Shown one piece after another: positions 18,168 to 24,605 of a stretch of DNA of 24,605 nt. Position numbers and translations under genes: made by a program. Each line of letters starts with the position of its first letter. Within the stretch, counting starts at the first letter, position 1. Location: the NCBI GenBank assembly GCA_049967475.1, contig JBMFSQ010000022.1:1-24605 (forward strand), read 5' to 3'. The DNA is from Chthonomonadales bacterium. GTDB lineage: Bacteria > Armatimonadota > Chthonomonadetes > Chthonomonadales > CAJBBX01. The notes beneath the pieces were generated by a model, which worked only from the letters and a program-made list of their open reading frames with translations, did not search any database and was not told where the DNA came from.

Positions 18168-19196
18168 GTGAACGACAAAGTCGGCATCGCGATGCTGAGT
18201 TTTGCCCATGTGCACGCAGGGGGATATGCGGACCAGGTGGCATCCCATCCGCACGCAGAGCTCGTGGCGGTGTGGGACGAAGATGTGGAGCGAGGAAAGG
18301 CCGAGGCAGCCCGCCGCGGCATTCCATTCTATGCGGATCTGGCCGAGGTTCTCGCCTTGCCCCAGGTAGACGGGGTAGTGGTAGATGCGCCTACCAACTT
18401 GCATCCTCAGGTGCTCCAAGCTGCGGCTCGAGCCGGGAAGCATATATTCACGGAAAAGGCTCTCACCATTACCACCGCAGAGGCCACGAAAGTGGCGGAC
18501 GCCATCAAACAGGCCGGCGTTCAATTCATGATCTCCCTGCCGTCCCGCACGCGGCCCGAGATCCTTTTTGCGAAGAAGGTTCTGGACGAAGGGCTGTTGG
18601 GCGACATAACCGAAATGAGAGCGCGCATCGCCCACATGGCCGCGCTGGACCGCTGGTTCCAGCCTGGGCCCAACCACGGCGGCAGCCTCTGGTTCGGTGA
18701 CGAACAGGCGGCGGGAGGTGGCGCCTTTTTCGATTTGGGATGCCATCGCGTGGACATCATGCGGTGGTTTCTGGGAGAACCCGCGGCTGCAGTAGCGCGC
18801 ATGAACAACTTCTCGGGGGCTTATCCCATAGACGACAACATGGTGGCAGTAGTGGAGTTCAAGAACAAGGCCCTCGGTATTCTTGACGTGTCCTGGGTGC
18901 ACCGATCGGGGCCCAATCCACTGGAGATTTACGGCACCGAGGGCTTCATTTCAATAGACACGAGCCCCGGTCCGCGCATCTGGCTGGAAAGTCGCAAGAT
19001 TTCCGATGAACGCGTCCAGGGTCCAATCGCTCCTTCCAAACTTCCGCCCGCGCTCCCTTCGCCCATGGAGCAATGGATCCGGGCCATCCGCGAAGGCACT
19101 CCGGCTACCATTACTCTGGAGGACGGCTGGAACCTTACCCAGATGCTGGAGGGCTGCTACACCGCTGCCAGAACGGGGCAGGTGTTCCACTTCTAA
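18168..19196 (+). CDS. Gfo/Idh/MocA-family oxidoreductase
   Basis: SFAHVHA, PTNLH, GKHIFTEKAL, GGGAFFDLGCHRVD, EIYGTEG; GGGAGG before GTG 18168. Confidence 0.93.
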   Translation: MNDKVGIAMLSFAHVHAGGYADQVASHPHAELVAVWDEDVERGKAEAARRGIPFYADLAEVLALPQVDGVVVDAPTNLHPQVLQAAARAGKHIFTEKALTITTAEATKVADAIKQAGVQFMISLPSRTRPEILFAKKVLDEGLLGDITEMRARIAHMAALDRWFQPGPNHGGSLWFGDEQAAGGGAFFDLGCHRVDIMRWFLGEPAAAVARMNNFSGAYPIDDNMVAVVEFKNKALGILDVSWVHRSGPNPLEIYGTEGFISIDTSPGPRIWLESRKISDERVQGPIAPSKLPPALPSPMEQWIRAIREGTPATITLEDGWNLTQMLEGCYTAARTGQVFHF

Positions 19197-19227
19197 CGTG
19201 CCGGGCACTCGCTTTCAAGAAGGGCCT

Positions 19228-19557
19228 ATGGATCCGGACGAAGCGGTCTACGATGTGGTGCGCCGCATCCCTCCAGGGCGTGTCGCCACGTACGGTCAGG
19301 TGGCGGCTCTGGTCGCCGAGTACTCCCTGACGGCGCGCCAGGTGGGAGGGTTGATGCGTTTTGCGCCTGAGGGCGTTCCCTGGCATCGGGTGGTAGGAGC
19401 CGGCGGCACACTTCCCATCGGCAAGCGCAGCGCCGCCATGCGCGCACTCCAACGCCGGCTCCTCGAGGCAGAAAGGGTGACCTTCGGCTCAGCCGGCCGC
19501 ATCTGCATGGATGAATTCCAGTGGCGTCCTGACTTTGCCCCAAAAGGCGCCTCGTGA
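19228..19557 (+). CDS. atl: Alkyltransferase-like protein (ATL/YbaZ, MGMT family)
   Basis: IPPGRVATYGQVA and PWHRVV (Trp replaces the acceptor Cys), QRRLLEAE. Confidence 0.9.
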   Translation: MDPDEAVYDVVRRIPPGRVATYGQVAALVAEYSLTARQVGGLMRFAPEGVPWHRVVGAGGTLPIGKRSAAMRALQRRLLEAERVTFGSAGRICMDEFQWRPDFAPKGAS

Positions 19558-19771
19558 TTGACGGATCCTGGGCCATTCCTGTACGTCCATGGGAGCAGCG
19601 TGAGCCCTCGGCCTGTTCAATAATGCGACTGGGCGCGCGGTTCCGCATCGTTCGCAGTGCCGCTGGTTGGGACCTCGAAGCGCGGCTTCCTCATGAGTTG
19701 ACGCGAAGGACTGAATGGGCTGGCAATGAAAGCGCTTAAAAGCCCGTGTAGCCTGCGACGGGATCGGAGCG

Positions 19772-20323
19772 ATGGGACGCTGGATTTTCTATGCATGGGA
19801 TGACACCCGAGACCGCCAAACGCGCGCCTGGCTGCGGAGGGCAGCGCTTAGCGGCAGTCTGCCCGCAAGCCTACCGAATGCGAGCCGCCTTGCATTGGAT
19901 CAACTTCCCCGCGAAGCCGGCTTTGAGGAAGTATGCAACGCGATCCTCTTGGCTGAGTGCGCCGTAGGGGATGCTGTGACATGCGAAGGCGGACTGGCCG
20001 AATGCCTACTCAATCTGCGCCGGGACGATGCATGGGAGGCGCTGGCGACTACACTGGCGGACCTCATCTCGGCACGCCCCGGCATCGAAGCCTGGTTTGA
20101 ACTTGATTTCGGTTTGGTGGGAGTACTCACGGCCGCGCACGTGCAGGCGATTGCCAAGAGCGCGCAATCGCTGCGTGCGCGGCCATTGGCCCGGCGGGCG
20201 CCGAATTGGCTGCGCCGCCTCTCCCCCGTACAGGATCCCCGCGAAGGGCTCGCGGATCTGCTCGATCTTGTGGCTTGGTGTGCGGAAAATGGGTTTGGGC
20301 TCGCGGCGGTCGCCGAGGATTAG
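19772..20323 (+). CDS. Hypothetical protein (weak DUF1877/YfbM-like pattern)
   Basis: GGAG just upstream; protein-like composition; fills the gap. The fold guess is low confidence. Confidence 0.65.
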   Translation: MGRWIFYAWDDTRDRQTRAWLRRAALSGSLPASLPNASRLALDQLPREAGFEEVCNAILLAECAVGDAVTCEGGLAECLLNLRRDDAWEALATTLADLISARPGIEAWFELDFGLVGVLTAAHVQAIAKSAQSLRARPLARRAPNWLRRLSPVQDPREGLADLLDLVAWCAENGFGLAAVAED

Positions 20324-20464
20324 TCCTCGAGCGCGCCCGCGATCTTTGGAAGGAACTATCTGCCCGGTCGGCAAACCTAACAGAGCAGCATGCCCAAGGG
20401 GGTGCGTCTGCCGGATGCACCCGCATGCGGTTAACTTCATTAAATATTAAATGGGAACCAGTTG

Positions 20465-21463
20465 ATGCATAACGTTCATTTGGAAATAGGGATCAACGGA
20501 GCCTTCCTTACACGCCGATGGGAAGAGCCTGATAACTGGATGCGCCTTACCCGCGAGTGCGGATACCGTGTCCACTCGTTCTGCGGTGATGTGCTGGACC
20601 CATTCTTCTCTGGGGATTTGGGCTTCCAGATGGAGCAGGCGGCCGCCGTACGTAAGGCGGCTGAACGATACGGCGTTACCCTTTGCGATCTCTACACTGG
20701 GGTCGCCACCCACCGCTTCCATGGGCTGTCCCATTCCGACGCACGTCCTCGCCTACGCATGATGCAGTGGATCGAGCAAGCGGCCCAACTGGCGGCAGCA
20801 ATGGGTGCACCGGCCCTCGGTGGGCATTGGGACGCATTCTCTGTGGAGACGCTCGAGAACCCCGAGCGTACGGAGGCTGCCTGGCAACGGCTGATCGGCA
20901 CCTTCCGCGATCTGGCGGTGCGTCTCAAACCTACCGGTATCTGCGCCCTTTATCAGGAGCAGATGTACGTCCCGAGCGAAAAGCCGTGGACATTGGAAGA
21001 GTGTGAGCGCTTCCTTATTGAAGTCAATCGGGATAACCCCGGCATTCCCGTATACGTCACTCTGGACGTCGGCCACATGGCGGGGATGCACTACGGGCTC
21101 ACGGGCGATGACGTAGACTATATGGCCTGGCTCAGGCGCTTCGGATCTGTAGCTGAGGTGGTCCATTTGCAGCAAACGACGCCCAATGCCTCTCACCATT
21201 GGCCTTTCACCACGGCGTATAACGAGCAGGGGCACATTCGGGTGGATAACGTGCTGGAAGCCCTTCGGCATGCCCATGAGCACCACTGTGAGCAGCCGTT
21301 CGCAGCACATCTGTCGCCGGTGAAGCGGCAGTGGCTCGTGGCGGAGATCATTCCCGGCTCTACGAAGCGGGAAGATGTTCTTCTTGCGGAATTGAAGGAG
21401 AGTGCCGAGTACCTCTATCAATTCGTTCCCGAAGGCGGCGTGGACTGGGTGTTTGAGGATTGA
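20465..21463 (+). CDS. Sugar-phosphate isomerase/epimerase TIM barrel, EryC-like
   Basis: GINGAFLTRRWEEPDNW, EQMYVPSEKPWT, LDVGH, HLQQT...HWPFT...N..G, metal ligands E/D/H/E. Confidence 0.82.
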   Translation: MHNVHLEIGINGAFLTRRWEEPDNWMRLTRECGYRVHSFCGDVLDPFFSGDLGFQMEQAAAVRKAAERYGVTLCDLYTGVATHRFHGLSHSDARPRLRMMQWIEQAAQLAAAMGAPALGGHWDAFSVETLENPERTEAAWQRLIGTFRDLAVRLKPTGICALYQEQMYVPSEKPWTLEECERFLIEVNRDNPGIPVYVTLDVGHMAGMHYGLTGDDVDYMAWLRRFGSVAEVVHLQQTTPNASHHWPFTTAYNEQGHIRVDNVLEALRHAHEHHCEQPFAAHLSPVKRQWLVAEIIPGSTKREDVLLAELKESAEYLYQFVPEGGVDWVFED

Positions 21464-21589
21464 GAGGTCGGCTCGATTGCCGTCGCTGCTCCTCCGGATG
21501 CGGGCTCCTGATGATGCGGCTGCATCGCGCTGCAGGTTGCGAGCGGCTACATTCGGAGGGCCCGCGCATAGAAGTGAAACTTGATCACA

Positions 21590-21615
21590 AGGAATCTGCA
21601 TTTCACGCAGGGAAT
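21590..21615 (+). promoter_or_regulatory. AGGA-N18-GAAT promoter motif facing the HtrA gene
   Basis: caAGGA-atctgcatttcacgcagg-GAATt. Confidence 0.5.
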
Positions 21616-21674
21616 TAGGGTTCGGTTGGCGTGCTGAACGCTCGGGTTCCACCAGAGGATGAGGAGGCTGCCTG

Positions 21675-23717
21675 ATGCATCGTCGCGCCGTACGGTTTGC
21701 TAGTCTGTGGGCAATGCTTGCCTCGGCTGCTTTCTTCGGTTCGAGGGCCCAGGCCGATGCCCCGCGCAACGCGGTAGATGTAGCCCGTGCCAAAGTATAT
21801 CCTGCCCTGGTGAACATCACCGTGGTGGTACGTGAGTTTGGTGAAGGGCGGGCGATCCGCCGCCCGGCTGGGGGCAGCGGTGTCGTCGTGACCCCCCAGG
21901 GCCATGTGCTCACGAACTACCATGTTGCAGGGGACACCACACGCATCATCTGCACGATGCCGGATGGCGAGGAGCTGGAGGCCCGGGTACTGGCTCACGA
22001 TCCCCTTACCGATCTGAGCGTACTGAAGCTGCGCACCGAGAAGCGTCCAAAGGGATCCAAGCCGCTTGCCTATGCCAAACTGGGCAACTCCGATCTGCTT
22101 CGCGTGGGTGACACAGTCATCGCGATGGGGAACCCGCTCATGCTTTCTTCGTCGCTGACCGTGGGCGTTGTGTCCAATCCGCGCCGCGTGTTCACAGACT
22201 TTTTGGGCAGCGAGATGGAGAGCCTGGAGCTGGACGATGACGTACGTACGGGACTGCTCACTCGGTGGATCCAGCACGACGCCCTCATTCTTCCGGGCAA
22301 CTCCGGCGGACCTCTGGTAAACCCGGCTGGGGAAGTGGTGGGCATCAATGAACTCGGCGGCGCCGGCGTCGGTTTTGCCATTCCGTCCAACACAGCAGCC
22401 AAGGTATTGCACCAGGTTCTGGCCCAGGGACGGGTCCGCCGCGGATGGCTCGGCCTGAGCTTCCTCCCTGTGCGGAAGCTCGGATATTCCCGCGGAGCCC
22501 TCGTATCCAGCGTGGTGCCTGGGTCGGCAGGAAGCCGGGCCGGTTTGGCGCCTGGCGATATTGTCACGTCCATCGCCGGGCACCCCGTGTCGGTGCGCTT
22601 TTTCGAGCAGGTGCCCGATCTCTACCAGATGATCGCCGATTTGCCCGTCGGAAAGCGCGTGCGCATTGACTACCTGCGCAACGGCCGAAAGGCGGCAACC
22701 ACGGCTATTGTAGAGCTTATGCAGGAATTTGCCGGCAGGCAGGATGAAGTTCGGCGGCTTGGGGTCACCGCCAGGGAGATTACGGCCTACATGATGCGCG
22801 TACGGCGATTGCCCACACGTCGAGGGGTGCTGGTAACGGGTGTGCGGGCCGGATACCCGGCGGAAGCGGCCGTGCCGCCCATCGCAGAAGGGGATATCAT
22901 CACGGCTGTGGGCAATAGGGCGACGCCTACTTTGAAAGCACTTGCCGAGGCAGTTGCAGCTTTACCGGAGGGCAAGACCGCCGTAGCTCTGCGTCGCAAA
23001 AACGCTGATGTCGTGTCCATCGTGCGCATTAAGCGTCCATCTGCCGAGGAGGAGGGCGGCGAGCTGCCGAAAGCTTGGTTGGGCGTGCGCACTCAAGTTC
23101 TGACCGGGGACCTCGCAGCCGCGCTCAATGTTGGCGATGTGAAGGGCTTCCGCATAACCGAGGTCTATCCCGAGACGGAGGCAGCGCGAGCAGGTCTCAA
23201 GGCGGGTGACATCATTACTGAGCTGAATGGTGAACCGCTGGATGCATCGCGACCGCAGGATGAAGAAGATCTGCGCCGAGCGATCGAGAATTTGACCGTG
23301 GGGGATGCCGCCACGTTGACCGTTTTGCGTGAACGGGCTCGCCGACAGATTGCGGTAAAGCTGGAAGCCACACCGGCCTCGGGAGGGCAGGCGCGCAAGT
23401 ACACCCAGCAGGAATTCGAGTTCACGGTGCGCGATATGACGCGGATGGACCGCATCGAAAACCGGTGGCCGCCGGACTTCCGGGGGCTGATGGTGACGGA
23501 AGTGGTGTCGGGCGGATGGGCTCAAATGGCAGGCCTCCGAGGTGACGACGTGATTTTGGGCCTCCAGGGTAAACCCATGGCGGATGTGGCGTCATTCGAG
23601 GCTGAGATGAAGAAGATCCTCAAGGCGAAGCCCGCCGTCATCCGCATTTTCGTGCGGCGCAGGGAAGGCACCCACTTTGTGTTCATCCAGCCGGATTGGG
23701 ACAAGATCGCCAGGTGA
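21675..23717 (+). CDS. Secreted HtrA/DegP-family serine protease with four PDZ domains
   Basis: Signal peptide (…AQA); triad TNYHV / TDLSVLK / PGNSGGPL; four PDZ repeats (GWLGL..GLAPGDIV; LGVT..EGDII; WLGV..GLKAGDII; FEFTV..GLRGDDVI). Confidence 0.93.
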   Translation: MHRRAVRFASLWAMLASAAFFGSRAQADAPRNAVDVARAKVYPALVNITVVVREFGEGRAIRRPAGGSGVVVTPQGHVLTNYHVAGDTTRIICTMPDGEELEARVLAHDPLTDLSVLKLRTEKRPKGSKPLAYAKLGNSDLLRVGDTVIAMGNPLMLSSSLTVGVVSNPRRVFTDFLGSEMESLELDDDVRTGLLTRWIQHDALILPGNSGGPLVNPAGEVVGINELGGAGVGFAIPSNTAAKVLHQVLAQGRVRRGWLGLSFLPVRKLGYSRGALVSSVVPGSAGSRAGLAPGDIVTSIAGHPVSVRFFEQVPDLYQMIADLPVGKRVRIDYLRNGRKAATTAIVELMQEFAGRQDEVRRLGVTAREITAYMMRVRRLPTRRGVLVTGVRAGYPAEAAVPPIAEGDIITAVGNRATPTLKALAEAVAALPEGKTAVALRRKNADVVSIVRIKRPSAEEEGGELPKAWLGVRTQVLTGDLAAALNVGDVKGFRITEVYPETEAARAGLKAGDIITELNGEPLDASRPQDEEDLRRAIENLTVGDAATLTVLRERARRQIAVKLEATPASGGQARKYTQQEFEFTVRDMTRMDRIENRWPPDFRGLMVTEVVSGGWAQMAGLRGDDVILGLQGKPMADVASFEAEMKKILKAKPAVIRIFVRRREGTHFVFIQPDWDKIAR

Positions 23718-23727
23718 TGGCGGAGGG

Positions 23728-23749
23728 CGCTCCCGATCACTTGGGAGCG
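23728..23749 (+). other. Intercistronic stem-loop directly before the RBS of the next gene
   Basis: CGCTCCCGA-TCAC-TTGGGAGCG, 9 bp with one G-U; no U-tract; followed by GGAGG. Confidence 0.5.
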
Positions 23750-23760
23750 GGGAGGGCACC

Positions 23761-24605
23761 ATGCGAGAGATCAAGGCGCTTTTGGTGGGATTGGCGATGG
23801 CCGCCTTGCCCGTGTGCGGAGCAGCACAGGGGGAACCCGGGCAGTACCAGGCCGTGTTGGCCAAGCGTTCGCCCACGGTGGTGACCGTCAAGGCGGTTTT
23901 GAGGATCGAGGAACGCGCAGGCGGAGACAATGTAGAAGAGCCGGTAATGGTTCACGGAGCGATCGTCACCCCAGGCGGCCTCGTGATCCTTTCCAATACA
24001 GCCTTTTCACCGGGCCGCCTCTTGGAGATCTTCGGAGGCGGAGAAGAGGCGTCCAAGCAAATCAAGATGAGGCCCACCAGCTTCAAGGTGATCCTGCCGG
24101 GCGACGACACCGAGTACGATGCCTTCTTGGCGGCTACCGATAGCCAGCTCGAATTGGCATTCATCCAGATCGAGGGACTAGGCGCACGCCAGCTTCCCGC
24201 TGTGGATTTCGGGACATCTGTGGAGGCTGTGGTTGGCCAGCCGGTGATCGCCGTTCAGCGTATGAGCAAAGACTACGATTATGCAGCCTATTGCCGAACA
24301 GGCCGCATATCCGGGGAGATCGCTAAGCCGCGGCGCGCGTGGATTGTGGAGGGAAGCCTCGGCGAATTGGGGCTCCCCGTATACACTTTTGCCGGGGATG
24401 CAGTCGGCGTCCTCACCATGCTCCCCACAGGATCCAAGAGCACAGCACGAGAGTTAAGTTTCGGCATCTTTATGCGGATGATGGCTGGAAGCGGTGCCAT
24501 GGAGGGGACCTTTCTGGTGCCCGGAAGCGCCGTCAAGAGCGTGGTGGATCTGGCGGCGAAGCGGGCCTCGGAGCTTGCTGCAGAGCGGGCAAAACAAAAA
24601 TCCGC
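23761..24605 (+). CDS. Secreted trypsin-like (HtrA-type) domain protein lacking the catalytic triad; runs off the window
   Basis: Not in the ORF track (no stop). Translation: MREIKALLVGLAMAALPVCG... SPTVVTV, GAIVTPGGLVILSNTAF, ATDSQLELAFIQI, VGQPVIAV, GELGLPVYTFAGDAVGVL. Confidence 0.85.
   Translation, partial: MREIKALLVGLAMAALPVCGAAQGEPGQYQAVLAKRSPTVVTVKAVLRIEERAGGDNVEEPVMVHGAIVTPGGLVILSNTAFSPGRLLEIFGGGEEASKQIKMRPTSFKVILPGDDTEYDAFLAATDSQLELAFIQIEGLGARQLPAVDFGTSVEAVVGQPVIAVQRMSKDYDYAAYCRTGRISGEIAKPRRAWIVEGSLGELGLPVYTFAGDAVGVLTMLPTGSKSTARELSFGIFMRMMAGSGAMEGTFLVPGSAVKSVVDLAAKRASELAAERAKQKS

Noticed and set aside
19554..19739. 61-aa ORF overlapping the atl stop (GTGA)
   Set aside because: No SD or recognisable motif; possible but unsupported.
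21573..21589. CRP/Rex-like GTGA...TCAC
   Set aside because: Spacer is 7 nt rather than the required 6.
21491..21600. Hammerhead-like words CTGATGA (21508-21514) and GAAAC (21576-21580), plus a 10-bp stem CCTCCGGATG/CATTCGGAGG
   Set aside because: Stem II has no closing pair and there is no UH cleavage triplet after the would-be stem III; treated as an ordinary intergenic hairpin.

Overview
GC-rich bacterial chromosomal window, truncated at both ends. Gene content (DUF6785/DUF6784-type membrane protein, BldC-like HTH, outer-membrane barrels) suggests a diderm such as Armatimonadota; this is inference only. Order: a minus-strand block (GT4 glycosyltransferase, HTH protein, queA, Rieske ferredoxin, moaA); a secreted alpha/beta hydrolase; orphan rhaA; apbE; rbfA-nrnA-truB-ribF coupled to a molybdopterin-oxidoreductase/pentapeptide-repeat fusion; glnB; an MDR dehydrogenase divergent from a large membrane protein; a beta-barrel behind DtxR-like boxes; a 100-aa ORF flanked by structured DNA; a Gfo/Idh/MocA enzyme; an alkyltransferase-like protein; a hypothetical protein; an EryC-like epimerase; and a 4-PDZ HtrA protease followed by a catalytically dead trypsin-like paralog. 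No mobile element, CRISPR array, rRNA or tRNA was seen. Best leads: the split active/dead HtrA pair (Nma111/DEG7-like domain inventory), the Moco-enzyme/pentapeptide fusion, the DtxR-boxed barrel, the structured elements around the 100-aa ORF, and a recurring AGGA-N18-GAAT promoter motif. All family calls come from motif recognition, not database searches.
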